From an uncultured Klebsiella sp. (GTDB lineage Bacteria > Cyanobacteriota > Cyanobacteriia > PCC-6307 > Cyanobiaceae), in NCBI GenBank assembly GCA_964546045.1, contig CAZJIF010000001.1:1-59665 (forward strand): DNA of 59,665 bases, in the 5' to 3' direction. The notes under the pieces are model-generated. The model worked only from the letters and a program-made list of their open reading frames with translations, had not been told where the DNA came from and made no database searches. Both the position numbers and the translations under genes were made by a program. Position 1 is the first letter of the stretch. Every line of letters begins with the position of its first letter. Positions 32,133 through 42,259 of this stretch are shown here, piece after piece.

Positions 32133-34240
32133 TGGCCTGTGATCAACACCATCAGAGAACGGGGTGCCAGCTGCGCCAGCTGTTGGTCGACCGGTTGTGC
32201 CTGATCCCAGGGGACGATGTCCTGGGGTGACGGCAGCGCCGTGTCGATCCAGCGGTGCCAGAGCTGACTGCCGAAGTCAGCCTCGGGCAGAGCAAAGGTC
32301 AGGGGTTCCCACCAGGCGTTGACCATCAGCGCGCAACGGAAGCGATGGCCACTGCTGGTCAGGGTCAGGGCCAGCGAGCGGGAGCCGTCGCTGCGGTCGG
32401 GCTGGCCGGGCTGCACCCCGTTCCAGGTGATCTGATTGCGGTGCAACAGATCCGCCAGGCTCAGGGCCTGACCGTCAACCACAATGTCCCGTCGCTGGCG
32501 ATAGGTGCACAGCTCCCGCACAAACCGATGGATGTCCCGGTTCTGCTCCAGCAGATCCCAATCCAGCCAGCTGGTGGGGTTGTCCTGGCAGTAAGCATTG
32601 TTGTTGCCCCCCTGACTGCGGCAGATCTCATCCCCCATGCCGAGCATCGGGGTGCCGGCCGACAGCATCAACAAGGCCAGGAAATTGCGGATCTGTCGTT
32701 TGCGCAGAGCCTGCACCTCCGGGTCGCTGCTGGGCCCCTCGACGCCACAGTTCCAGCTGGCGTTATCGGCTGAGCCATCGCGGCTCTTTTCGCCGTTGGC
32801 CTCGTTGTGCTTGTCGTTGTAGCTGACCAAATCAGCCAGGGTGAAGCCGTCATGGCAGGTGATGAAGTTGATGCTGGCTTCGGCCTCGCGCCGCTTGGGG
32901 CCATAGATGTCAGGACTGCCGATCAGCCGCTGACTGACGGCCGCCACCTGGCCGCCGTCGCCCTTGAGGAACCGGCGCAGATCGTCGCGGAAACGACCGT
33001 TCCATTCCTGCCAGCGGTCGCCGACGAACGATCCCACCTGGTAGAGGCCTGCCGCATCCCAGGCTTCGGCGATCAGCTTGGTGCCGGCCAGCACCGGATC
33101 GGTGTCAAGGTCCCACAAGATCGGTGGCCTCGGCACGGGGTTGCCGCTTTCGTCGCGGGCCAGCACCGAGGCCAGGTCAAAGCGAAACCCGTCGATGTGA
33201 AAGTGCTGGACCCAGTGACGCAGGCTGTCGCGGATCAACCGCCGCACCACCGGGTTGTTGCCATTGAAGGTGTTGAAGCAGCCGGTGACGTCGAGATAGG
33301 CGGAGGGATCAGCGGGGTCAAGCAGGTAGTAGTCGCTGTTGGCCAGGCCGCGGTAGCTGAAGGTGGGCCCATCGGCTCCGGCTTCAGCGGTGTGGTTGAA
33401 CACCACATCGAGGATCACCTCAATCCCAGCCCGGTGCAGGGCCTTGACCATGTCACGGAACTCATCGAGAACCGCCAGCGCATCGGCGTCCTCTCGCCAG
33501 GCGCTGCTGTAGCCATGGTGCGGCACCAGAAAGCTGATCGGCTGGTAGCCCCAGTAGTTGGGCAGACCGGCGGGTGCATCCTGGGGGTCGAACTGAAACA
33601 CCGGCAACAGTTCGACCGCGGTGATTCCCAGGTCCTTGAGGTAGGGAATCTTGTCGATCAGGCCGGCATAGGTTCCGGCCGTCGCCGGATTCAGTCCACC
33701 CGAGGGATGGACCGTGAAACCCCGAACGTGCAGTTCATAGATGATCGTCTCCCTGCTGGGGCGGTTCAGCGGGCGATCCCCCTGCCAGTCGTAGGCGTCC
33801 AGATCGGCGACGACGGTTTTGATCGCATCCGCCCAGCCCCGCGGGCCACAGCACTGCCCCTGACTACGGACATAGCCAGCGGGCACGGCCAGAGCATGGC
33901 CGTAGGGGTCAAGCAGCAGCTGACGCGCATCGCAGCGCAGCCCTGCCGAGGGGTCCTGCGGTCCATGCACCCGGTAGCCGTAGAGCTGACCGGGACCCAG
34001 TCCCTGCACCCAGCCATGCCAATAGTGGCCGCTGCGATGGGCCTCGCCCGCCAACGGCAGACAGACCGACGGCTGCTCGGCGCTGAGCGAGTCGAACAAA
34101 CACAGCTCCACGGCTGTGGCATCACGGGCGTAGAGGCTGAAGTTGACGCCATCTCCCCTGACGCTGGCCCCCAACGGAGCCGGCCGCCCCGGCAACAGAC
34201 CAGGGGTGGTTGCCACCGACGTCACCATGGAACCAGCCAT
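32072..34240 (-). CDS. glgX: Glycogen debranching enzyme GlgX (GH13)
   Basis: PLGASV..DGVNFSLYA..A..VELCLFD N-terminus, YELHVRGFT, GFRFDLAS, EAWD and FITCHDGFTL are GH13/GlgX regions. Start is ATG 34240 or 34228. Confidence 0.9.
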   Translation of the reverse strand: MAGSMVTSVATTPGLLPGRPAPLGASVRGDGVNFSLYARDATAVELCLFDSLSAEQPSVCLPLAGEAHRSGHYWHGWVQGLGPGQLYGYRVHGPQDPSAGLRCDARQLLLDPYGHALAVPAGYVRSQGQCCGPRGWADAIKTVVADLDAYDWQGDRPLNRPSRETIIYELHVRGFTVHPSGGLNPATAGTYAGLIDKIPYLKDLGITAVELLPVFQFDPQDAPAGLPNYWGYQPISFLVPHHGYSSAWREDADALAVLDEFRDMVKALHRAGIEVILDVVFNHTAEAGADGPTFSYRGLANSDYYLLDPADPSAYLDVTGCFNTFNGNNPVVRRLIRDSLRHWVQHFHIDGFRFDLASVLARDESGNPVPRPPILWDLDTDPVLAGTKLIAEAWDAAGLYQVGSFVGDRWQEWNGRFRDDLRRFLKGDGGQVAAVSQRLIGSPDIYGPKRREAEASINFITCHDGFTLADLVSYNDKHNEANGEKSRDGSADNASWNCGVEGPSSDPEVQALRKRQIRNFLALLMLSAGTPMLGMGDEICRSQGGNNNAYCQDNPTSWLDWDLLEQNRDIHRFVRELCTYRQRRDIVVDGQALSLADLLHRNQITWNGVQPGQPDRSDGSRSLALTLTSSGHRFRCALMVNAWWEPLTFALPEADFGSQLWHRWIDTALPSPQDIVPWDQAQPVDQQLAQLAPRSLMVLITGHQGLISSSAPTAMAANSTIN

Positions 34241-34286
34241 CTGCACCGATGATGGCTCAGGTCCTTCGTCATGGCAGCCGATCCCC

Positions 34287-35582
34287 ATGGTTCCTCTGGC
34301 AATGCCACCACTGCCCCGGCTGCGCAACGGGGTGGTGCTGATCCTTCAGCTGGCCCTGCTGGGGGTGCTGGTGGGCCTGGCCTGCTGGCCCCTGAACCTG
34401 GTGGACCATTGGCAGGACCAGCTGCTGAACCGCCTGCCGGCATTCACCGCCGCGGGGTGGTCGCCGTTGCACATCGCCCAGGCCTGTTCACCCCTGGTGG
34501 TGATGCCACTGCTGCTGGCCCTGCAGGCTCGGGTCTGGCGCCGGGGGGCCGGATCGGGCATTCCCCAAACGATGCTCAGCCTGGAGGAACCCAGCCGCAG
34601 TCCCGAGCTGCTCGCTGCTGATGCCACCGTGCAGCGGTTGACGCTGTGGTCCATCGCCAGCCTGGCCCTGTTCCCCCTGGGCCGCGAAGGGCCGGTGGTG
34701 CAGGTGGGTGCCGCCGTTGCCCAGGCCCTGCGCAGCCGCTGGCCCAGGCTGCTTGGGCGCCTGTCGAGCCGAAACCTGATGGCGATCAGCGCCGGCGCCG
34801 GCCTGGCCGGGGGCTTCAACACCCCGCTGATGGGTGTGGTGTTCATGGCTGAGGAACTGCTCGGCAGTTTTGGAGCCCAGTTGATCTGGCCGGCCCTGGT
34901 GGTGTGTGCCCTGGCCGCTGAGATCAGCAACCTCGATGGCCAGCCCCAGTTCACGCTTGGCCTGGTGAGCCTCAACCCCCTCGAGCTCAACCAGATCCTG
35001 CTTGGCGCGGGTCTGGGCCTCTGCGGCGGCCTGCTGGGCGGCCTGTTTGCCCGTCTGCTGCTCGAGAGCACGCGCCGCCTCGTGCCTCGGGTGCGCCAGC
35101 ATCCCTGGCGCGGTGGCCTGCTGCTTGGGGCCCTGATCAGCGGCCTTGCTCTGATCACTGGCGGTGCCAGCGGCGGTGACGGCGAAGCGCTGATGGCCTG
35201 GATGCTGGCCGATCCGGTCAGCCATCACGCCAACCTTGTCGACCTGGCGGCACGCATCGTCGGCCCCTGCCTGGCGCTGGGGGCCGGCATTCCCGGTGGC
35301 TTGATCGATCCAGCCTTCGCGATCGGAGCAGTCATCGGCGACCTGCTCACCCAGGCCCTGGATCTCGGCAGCCTTGGGGTGGCGATCGGGATGGCAGGCG
35401 GTCTGGCAGGGGCCACCCAACTGCCGGTGATGAGTCTGGTCTTTGCCCTGCACATGGCCGGCGATCAACAGCTCCTCGCCGGGGTGCTGATGGCCTCGGT
35501 GATCGGGGCCTATGCGGGCAAGCTGTGGATCCACAAACCGATCTATCACGCCCTGAGCGATCTGCTGCAGGAACGGCACTAA
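34287..35582 (+). CDS. ClC-family chloride channel/antiporter
   Basis: GSGIPQ, GREGPVVQVGA and GIPGGLIDP motifs in a polytopic membrane protein. ATG 34287 is chosen to avoid overlap with the divergent glgX. Confidence 0.8.
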   Translation: MVPLAMPPLPRLRNGVVLILQLALLGVLVGLACWPLNLVDHWQDQLLNRLPAFTAAGWSPLHIAQACSPLVVMPLLLALQARVWRRGAGSGIPQTMLSLEEPSRSPELLAADATVQRLTLWSIASLALFPLGREGPVVQVGAAVAQALRSRWPRLLGRLSSRNLMAISAGAGLAGGFNTPLMGVVFMAEELLGSFGAQLIWPALVVCALAAEISNLDGQPQFTLGLVSLNPLELNQILLGAGLGLCGGLLGGLFARLLLESTRRLVPRVRQHPWRGGLLLGALISGLALITGGASGGDGEALMAWMLADPVSHHANLVDLAARIVGPCLALGAGIPGGLIDPAFAIGAVIGDLLTQALDLGSLGVAIGMAGGLAGATQLPVMSLVFALHMAGDQQLLAGVLMASVIGAYAGKLWIHKPIYHALSDLLQERH

Positions 35583-35630
35583 CTCCTTAAGTTGGGTCCG
35601 TTGCATGCCGTGCAGAGCGGCACCCGAGCG

Positions 35631-36128
35631 ATGCCGATCACCATCGTCGAACTCATCGTGCCCAGTGGCCCCTCGACCCTGGCTGAGTCGGCCTTGCTCC
35701 TGTTGCGGGTGTTTCTCGGAATCTGCTTCATCCGCCACGGCTGGCCCAAGCTGCGCAACCTCAAAACCTGGTCTGAAGGACTGAAGACGCCGGTCTGGCT
35801 CTGTTTTCTCTCAGCTTTCTCGATGTGGGGGGCCGGCATCGCCCTGATTCCCGGACTGCTGACACCCCTGGCTGCCCTGGCAATCGCTGTCTCCATGGCC
35901 TATGCCATGGTGCTGGAAATTCGCTCGGGCTTTCCCTTCATCGCCCCCGATCCCTATCAGATTCCGCAGGGGGACTATGTCGGCCCGATGGGGGTGGGTG
36001 AGCCCCCCAGCTGGGAAAAGGCAGCCATCTACGTGGTGATGTGCGCCGTGCTGGCCACCTGCGGCGGTGGGTTGTGGTCCCTCGACAACCTGCTGATCGC
36101 TGATCTGCTGCGCTCGATGCTGGCCTGA
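35631..36128 (+). CDS. DoxX-family membrane protein
   Basis: LLLLRVFLGICFIRHGWPKL is a typical DoxX first helix. About four TM helices. ATG at 35631. Confidence 0.65.
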   Translation: MPITIVELIVPSGPSTLAESALLLLRVFLGICFIRHGWPKLRNLKTWSEGLKTPVWLCFLSAFSMWGAGIALIPGLLTPLAALAIAVSMAYAMVLEIRSGFPFIAPDPYQIPQGDYVGPMGVGEPPSWEKAAIYVVMCAVLATCGGGLWSLDNLLIADLLRSMLA

Positions 36129-36733
36129 TGGGCCAGCCGCCGTTGGTGCTGGTGCACGGCCTGTGGGACACCCCCCGGCTGTTCAACAGGCTTCGCACCG
36201 CCCTTGACGGTCGCCGCGATCCGCTGCTCATCCCCCATCTGCGCCACGGGCTGGGCCATGTGCCGTTGGTCGATCTGGCAGCCCAGCTTGATCAGCACAT
36301 CACCACGGCCTTCGGTGCCGAGGCCGTTGTGGACCTGCTTGGCTTTTCAATGGGTGGCCTGGTCGGACGCTGCTGGATCCAGGATTTCGGAGGCTATCGG
36401 CGCACACGACGTTTTCTGTGCGTGGGCAGCCCCCAACGGGGCACATTGACTGCCCAGCTGATGCCAAGGGCCTGGCTGGCCGGTATCGCCGACATGAAAC
36501 TGGGCAGTGCCTTCCTGAGGCGATTGGACACCATCCAGCAACGCCACCCGGAGCGGCTGGCACAGCTCGACTGCCGCAGCTTTTATTGCCGGTTCGATTT
36601 GATGGTGGTTCCAAGCTGGCGCGGGGTGCTGCCCGTTGGTCCGATTCAACCGTTGCCGGCGCGCACCCATCCAGGCCTGGTCAACGAATCGCGGTCGCTG
36701 AGCTACCTCTGCGACGCCCTGCTGGAGCCCTGA
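36128..36733 (+). CDS. Alpha/beta hydrolase, small lipase/esterase type
   Basis: PLVLVHGLWDTP oxyanion region and GFSMGG nucleophile elbow. Start overlaps the DoxX stop (TGATG). Confidence 0.7.
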   Translation: MGQPPLVLVHGLWDTPRLFNRLRTALDGRRDPLLIPHLRHGLGHVPLVDLAAQLDQHITTAFGAEAVVDLLGFSMGGLVGRCWIQDFGGYRRTRRFLCVGSPQRGTLTAQLMPRAWLAGIADMKLGSAFLRRLDTIQQRHPERLAQLDCRSFYCRFDLMVVPSWRGVLPVGPIQPLPARTHPGLVNESRSLSYLCDALLEP

Positions 36734-36840
36734 TTCCAGCAGACCGGATCGCCCGCACCCATTGGATGCAAAGGATCATGACAGTGCGGTCAGAGTTTCG
36801 CTGAATCGACACAATCGGAATAGTTCCATCCAGCGCAACG

Positions 36841-37545
36841 ATGTGTTTTTCAGCCTCGGCAAGCTTTACAGCTTCGGCCGTTCTGATGCCGCTCGGTCTG
36901 TACGCAACCCATATCGCCAAGACCACGGATCAGAAGGACTACGTCCCCCTGGCCCTAACGCCGTTTTTCTTTGGTGTGCAGCAGCTCACCGAGGGACTGG
37001 TCTGGACCGGCATTGACAACGGCCGAGCCGAACCACTCACAACCCTGGCCTCGCTCGGCTTTCTGTTCTTCGCCTACTGCTTCTGGATGATCTGGATCCC
37101 CTGGAGCGCCTGGTCGATCGCCCGCAGCAGCGACAGCAAAGCCCTGCTGCATCGCCTCAAATGGGTGGCGATCGTGGCAACCCTGCTGGGCATCAGCTTC
37201 TACCTGCCGGTCCTGTTCAACCCGCCGGCGGTGCAACCATCAGTCCACAGCACGGGACGCCTGCTCTACGACATCAGCAACCTGCACAGCGCCTGGCACA
37301 ACTTCGTTAACACCGAACCAGTCGGCGAACTTGTGTATTGGGGCTTCATCGTGCTGCCACTGGTGGCCCTGCGCGACAAAGCCGTCAGGCTGTTCGGCAT
37401 CCTGATCTTCGTCTCGATCTTCCTGACCTGGTTCACCTACAGCAAGACGTTCAACTCGGTGTGGTGCTTCTATTGCGCCGTGCTGTCGATCTTCGTGATC
37501 TGGATCGTCAACCGTCCCCGTCTCAGCGGCAGCCGGGCTGCATGA
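36841..37545 (+). CDS. Polytopic membrane protein of unknown function (possibly DUF6629-like)
   Basis: MCFSASASFTASAVLMPLGLYA N-terminus and 6-7 hydrophobic helices. Family assignment is from memory only. Confidence 0.5.
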   Translation: MCFSASASFTASAVLMPLGLYATHIAKTTDQKDYVPLALTPFFFGVQQLTEGLVWTGIDNGRAEPLTTLASLGFLFFAYCFWMIWIPWSAWSIARSSDSKALLHRLKWVAIVATLLGISFYLPVLFNPPAVQPSVHSTGRLLYDISNLHSAWHNFVNTEPVGELVYWGFIVLPLVALRDKAVRLFGILIFVSIFLTWFTYSKTFNSVWCFYCAVLSIFVIWIVNRPRLSGSRAA

Positions 37546-38084
37546 TCGAGCAGGCCCTCGACCAGCTGGCCCGGTGGCTGATGCAGGCCGATGCCGGGCT
37601 TGGCCTGGTGGCCCTGGTGGGATTGTCGATGTCGATCTCCCACCTGTTCGCCCTGATGGCCAACAGGCTCACGCCGCGGCAGATCGTGATTCAGCTGATC
37701 CTCGATGGCCTGGTGCTGTCACTGGCACTGGTGCTGGCCAGCCTGATCAACATGCTGATGCTTCGCATCTTTGCGGGCGCCGCCATCAATCCTGGCGAAC
37801 TGCTGGCCAAGCTTGGCCCTGCTCTGATCCCCGGTTTGTTTTATTGCTTTGTCGCGGCCCCCTACATCAGTGATCTGATCGCTGGCGTGATCTGGGCCCT
37901 GATTCACCTCAACATGGTCACGCTGTTGCACGTCCACTTCAACGTGTCGTATGCCCAGGCGCTGGTGCTGGCCACGCCGGGATTGGTGGTGGCCCTGCTC
38001 TTGGTGATCGCTGTGTTTCATCAAGGCTGGCAGCGGGCTTACCGGCAGCTGGCCAGCGAACTGGCCCCCACAGCTGAGCCCTGA
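37542..38084 (+). CDS. Membrane protein of unknown function (180 aa)
   Basis: ATG 37542 overlaps the upstream stop (ATGA). 4-5 hydrophobic helices. The track ORF from 37338 is an out-of-context extension. Confidence 0.55.
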   Translation: MIEQALDQLARWLMQADAGLGLVALVGLSMSISHLFALMANRLTPRQIVIQLILDGLVLSLALVLASLINMLMLRIFAGAAINPGELLAKLGPALIPGLFYCFVAAPYISDLIAGVIWALIHLNMVTLLHVHFNVSYAQALVLATPGLVVALLLVIAVFHQGWQRAYRQLASELAPTAEP

Positions 38085-39178
38085 TGGCCCCCTTGCAGGC
38101 GATCCGCATTCAGCTGGCAGGACAGCGGCGCCTGGCACGCCTGCTGGGCTGGCTGGTGTTGCTGAGCGGACTGAGCTCGCTGGTGATCAGCCTGCATGCC
38201 GGGCCCATGCTGCTGGCGGCCCTGTCCCCAGCGGACCTGGCACTGGTGCTGCAGGCGGTGGCCATCCTTGGACTGCTGCTGATTCCGATCAGTGGCGTGA
38301 TCTCGGTGACCTCACAGTTCGCCTTCTGGCGCGGCTGGCTGGGGGGACTGCCACAGCCGGGCGACATCTTTGCAGGGTTGGCTGGGGCACCACCTGGCAC
38401 CGCAGAGACGCGCTGCACGATCGTCTACCTGGACGGCATCCACCAGAGTGAGCGTGATCATCCACCACGGGTGGCGGCCTTTCTGGCGTTGCTGGAATCG
38501 CGTTTACCCAGCCATGTCCGGCTGTTCAAAGGCCTCGAGACCTACACGGTCACCACAGCCAGGTTGGCCGACGACGCTGGCGGCAGCTGGTTCTGGCGAC
38601 GCCTGTTTGCCCTGCAGGAGCACCATCCCAATGCCTGGGTCGGCCTGATCTGTGCGGTCCTGGTGCAGGCGAACAACGTCATCAAAGTGGGCATCTCCTC
38701 GGACAGGCGCTATGGCCCGATCCTCAATTACGAGCTAGCCCTCAAGGTGGCGCAACGGCTGGCCGACCAAGGCTTTCTCCCGGGTCAAGACCCTGGTGGT
38801 CGGCCCCAGGAGCTAGTGCTCCTGGGCTACAGCGGTGGGGGTGAAATGGCGATGGGCATGGCCGAATACCTGCGCCGCATCTGCCGCTGCCCCGTGCGGA
38901 TCATGACCTTCTGCGGCGTGTTCAGCGGCAACCAGTTGCTCGAACAGGTCGGCGAGATCGCCATGATCGTGGGCGACCGCGACCCCGTGGCGGCGTTCGG
39001 GCGCATCGCCTACCCGGGGCGTTCGCCACTGCTGCCCCTGTCGAACTGGAACAGGGCCGTCCAGCGCGGCCAGGTGCGGCGCCACCGCATCAGCGGCCTG
39101 TCCCACAACGGCCTGAGCGGACCTTTTTCTGATCGCTACCGGACTGCCGTGATCGAGGCGATCACCAGCGGCCTCTAG
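38084..39178 (+). CDS. Membrane-anchored protein with an alpha/beta-hydrolase-like C-terminal domain; function unknown
   Basis: Start overlaps the upstream stop (TGATG). Three N-terminal TM helices. VLLGYSGGGEMAMG resembles a GxSxG elbow. Confidence 0.5.
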   Translation: MAPLQAIRIQLAGQRRLARLLGWLVLLSGLSSLVISLHAGPMLLAALSPADLALVLQAVAILGLLLIPISGVISVTSQFAFWRGWLGGLPQPGDIFAGLAGAPPGTAETRCTIVYLDGIHQSERDHPPRVAAFLALLESRLPSHVRLFKGLETYTVTTARLADDAGGSWFWRRLFALQEHHPNAWVGLICAVLVQANNVIKVGISSDRRYGPILNYELALKVAQRLADQGFLPGQDPGGRPQELVLLGYSGGGEMAMGMAEYLRRICRCPVRIMTFCGVFSGNQLLEQVGEIAMIVGDRDPVAAFGRIAYPGRSPLLPLSNWNRAVQRGQVRRHRISGLSHNGLSGPFSDRYRTAVIEAITSGL

Positions 39179-40653
39179 CCCAATCCAGGCTGCAGCTGAT
39201 GCACCTGCTGAATCACAGCAAAGGGGCTGCGCAGGGGCAGCGATGCCCGCAGCCGTCGCCATGCGTCGCTGACGGTACTGCCATGGTGCGAAAAATCCAA
39301 CGGCAGATCGACCAACGCGCGCCGGTAGGCCTCGAGCACCGGCAACGCGGCCGTTGTCACCACGCCATCCTCAACAAGGGCGCTGCAACGTCGCAACAGG
39401 CGCTCACGCCACAGGCCCGGCAGCACCAAGGGGAACAGATCACAGCACCCGCTTAGGGCCTGCTGAAGCAAGGCAGTGCTGTCAATGCAGAAGCCGAGGC
39501 TGCCATAGCCGCCCAGTCGCAGATGGCTCTCACTGGCTTCAAGGTTGTGCACAAGGGCGATCAACTCACACAACGGCATCAGGGCCGGCAGCTGTTCGCC
39601 TTCAAACGAATCGCCGAGGTAACGCACTGTGCCGGTCTGGGGGTCGTTTTGCCAGGGACGCCGCAGATCATTGAGACCATCCCAGCCGCACAGGCCGCCG
39701 GTGCCCTGATACCACTGCAGGCGCAGCAGCTCATCGCCACGGCTGAGCTCCAGCTCAAGCGCGGTGTGGGGCAACAGCGACACCACCTCCTGATCGTCAC
39801 GATCCAGCAGACCGGTGCGCAACGGCAGGGCCAAAGGAATCTGACGCGGCTGCTCATCGGGCAACACCAGAGCAGCACCGAAGCCAAAACTGGCGATGCT
39901 GCTGCGCAGCCGAGCCCCCACGCTCCAACCCTGATCGCTCAGCCAGGCCAGCAACGAGGCCCCATCGTTGCAGCCTTCAAAGCTGTAGGTCTGCGGCGTG
40001 ATCACATTGGCCGCCAGACGGTTGAACACCTGAGCCAAAAGCGCATTGGCACAACGCGCCCGGCCGGTTTGGCTGAAGCCAAGCCCCACATTGGTCCAGC
40101 GCAAGCCCTGGGTGATGTGCTGCCAACGGGGTGCATTGGCCGCGCCCACACCGGGGGGCAGGGTCGAAGCTGATTCGGCGACCCCAGATGCCATGCCCTG
40201 GAGGGCTGCCCACTGCGACGGCAGGGGCAACGTCGCTCCCTGCCAGTCGATGGACTGCCGCTGCCAGAGCGTCACCGCCGTTGGCGCAGCATCGGCCGGT
40301 GGCCAGAGATGGGCCAGATCATCGACCAAAGCCGCCAGAAACACCGGGCTGATCAGCCCCTGCTGCAGCAGGGCACTGAGACCCTGCAACCGCGACGGCA
40401 AGGCAGCTGGGGCAAGGCGCCAACGGCGCGGCAAGACCCACAGCAGCGGGTGCAACAGCGGATGGCCAACATCAGCAAGCAGGCGGCTGATCAGCTGTTC
40501 ACGGGTCAGACCAGTGACCAGCAGGCTGCGCTCAAGGGCCTGATCAAGACTGATCAGGGGCAGCGGATCGTCCCAGTCAGGCCCAAGCGTCAGTGGATCC
40601 AACGGCTCAGCGGGCCAGTCGTTCGCGCAGGTGATGGCCAACGCGAATGGCAT
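39175..40653 (-). CDS. Hypothetical protein (492 aa); no recognisable motif
   Basis: Long ORF co-directional with and overlapping the 3' end of the upstream GMC gene. Its composition looks protein-like, unlike the Ala/Arg/Pro/Gly-rich artefact frames. Confidence 0.5.
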   Translation of the reverse strand: MPFALAITCANDWPAEPLDPLTLGPDWDDPLPLISLDQALERSLLVTGLTREQLISRLLADVGHPLLHPLLWVLPRRWRLAPAALPSRLQGLSALLQQGLISPVFLAALVDDLAHLWPPADAAPTAVTLWQRQSIDWQGATLPLPSQWAALQGMASGVAESASTLPPGVGAANAPRWQHITQGLRWTNVGLGFSQTGRARCANALLAQVFNRLAANVITPQTYSFEGCNDGASLLAWLSDQGWSVGARLRSSIASFGFGAALVLPDEQPRQIPLALPLRTGLLDRDDQEVVSLLPHTALELELSRGDELLRLQWYQGTGGLCGWDGLNDLRRPWQNDPQTGTVRYLGDSFEGEQLPALMPLCELIALVHNLEASESHLRLGGYGSLGFCIDSTALLQQALSGCCDLFPLVLPGLWRERLLRRCSALVEDGVVTTAALPVLEAYRRALVDLPLDFSHHGSTVSDAWRRLRASLPLRSPFAVIQQVHQLQPGLG

Positions 40654-42229
40654 TGGCGATCGCCGTCAGCGAGGGATTGACCGCACCAATGCTCGGGAAA
40701 AAGCTGGTGTCCACGACATAGAGGTTGTCCAGTTCGTGGGCCTTGCAGTTCACATCCAACACAGAATTGGAGGGGTCGGTACCAAAACGGCATGTGCCCG
40801 CCTGGTGACCAACAGCAGCGACCCCCATGGCGTTCTTGATGTACACCTGACGCTCAACCAAATGGTCCTTGAGATACAAACGATCCAACATGTTCTGCAG
40901 CCGATTCCACAGGTGGTCAGCCGCGGACTGGTTGTTCGGGGTGTAAGACAGATTGATGGCCCCATCAGCAGTGATCGTGACCCGGTTGTCGGGATCAGGA
41001 AGATCTTCAGTGGACACCCAGAAATCAAGGGCGTGCTCAGCAATCTTGTCCATCGACCAATTGGGCATCAGAAATGTCTCCAAAGGCGCATAGCCCTTCA
41101 TAATCGCTCCACGGGTCTTACCCGTCATCTGGATATTGCCCATCGGAAAATCAAAGTCAGCATCACCGAAATACCAATCGTTGATGGAGATCGTTTTCTG
41201 AAAAACAGTCGGATTTGGCTCATGCGACAACGCCACAGCCGCCTTGCTGTTGTGGAACATGTAGTTCCGGCCCACCTGATCACTGCCATTGGCCAGACCG
41301 CGGGGGTGCTTGTCATTGGCCGACATCAGCAACAGCCGTGCGGTGTTAGCCGCACCACAGCTGACCACAACCAGATCGCCACTGACACGCAACGGCTCGC
41401 CATCCCGCTCCAGATGCACGCTCTGCACTGTGCGCCCAGAAGGGTCCGTTTCCAGTCGTTTGACCTCGGCACGGGTCAGCAGGGAGACATTCGCTTGACC
41501 CAGTGCTGGCCGCACACCAATGACTTCGGCGTCACTCTTGGCATGAACAAGGCAGGGGAAGCCATCACAGCTGTTGCAGCGCCGGCAACGGCTGAAGGGC
41601 ATGTTGGCCTCATCCAGCATCACCCCACTGGGGGCGTGAAACGGATGCAGGCCGGCGGAGCGAAGGTCGTCGGCCAGCTTGGCGATGCGTGGTTCGTGCG
41701 AGATCGGCGCGTGCGGATAAGGACGACTGGCGTGGGGCTCGGTCGGATCTTCACCGCGCAGACCATGAACGTGATACATCTCCTCCGCCATCTGATACCA
41801 GGGCTCGAAGTCGCTGTAGCGCAGAGGCCAAGCGGGAGACATGCCGTCAACGTGCGCTAGCTCTTCGAAATCGCGGGCGCGCAAGCGAAAATGGTGGGCG
41901 CCGTACATCTTGGTGGCCCCACCCACAAAGTAATGGCTTCCCGGCTGAAAAGGCTTGCCGTGCTTGTCGGTCCAGATGTCCTTCGACAGGTAACGTCCCT
42001 GCTGGAAGACCGCATCGGCGTCCCAGTTCTCGGGTTCCTGAGGCAACCAATCACCGCGTTCCAGCACCAGGATTTTCAACCCTGTCGGAGCCAGCACACG
42101 CGCCAAGGTTCCCCCGCCAGCACCGCTGCCGATGATCACCACATCAAAATGATCACCATTGCTCACCTCGAGCTGATTGGGCTGAGGCATTGGTGACTGG
42201 GACCAGGTGGGTCCGCTGAGATCCTGCAT
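40607..42229 (-). CDS. GMC-family FAD-dependent oxidoreductase
   Basis: FAD motif DVVIIGSGAGGGTLA, C-terminal GMC region GTCRFG...VLD......H...NLYVVDTSFFPS. Confidence 0.8.
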   Translation of the reverse strand: MQDLSGPTWSQSPMPQPNQLEVSNGDHFDVVIIGSGAGGGTLARVLAPTGLKILVLERGDWLPQEPENWDADAVFQQGRYLSKDIWTDKHGKPFQPGSHYFVGGATKMYGAHHFRLRARDFEELAHVDGMSPAWPLRYSDFEPWYQMAEEMYHVHGLRGEDPTEPHASRPYPHAPISHEPRIAKLADDLRSAGLHPFHAPSGVMLDEANMPFSRCRRCNSCDGFPCLVHAKSDAEVIGVRPALGQANVSLLTRAEVKRLETDPSGRTVQSVHLERDGEPLRVSGDLVVVSCGAANTARLLLMSANDKHPRGLANGSDQVGRNYMFHNSKAAVALSHEPNPTVFQKTISINDWYFGDADFDFPMGNIQMTGKTRGAIMKGYAPLETFLMPNWSMDKIAEHALDFWVSTEDLPDPDNRVTITADGAINLSYTPNNQSAADHLWNRLQNMLDRLYLKDHLVERQVYIKNAMGVAAVGHQAGTCRFGTDPSNSVLDVNCKAHELDNLYVVDTSFFPSIGAVNPSLTAIANAIRVGHHLRERLAR

Positions 42230-42259
42230 GGCGTTAGGTGAGCGCGCGAGAGAACTGGG

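Noticed and set aside
36128-40653. Candidate anti-phage defence or toxin-antitoxin island among the unknown genes
   Set aside because: I could read no nuclease, helicase, P-loop NTPase, TIR/SIR2, protease or small toxin/antitoxin pair signatures. The genes look like membrane or hydrolase proteins instead.
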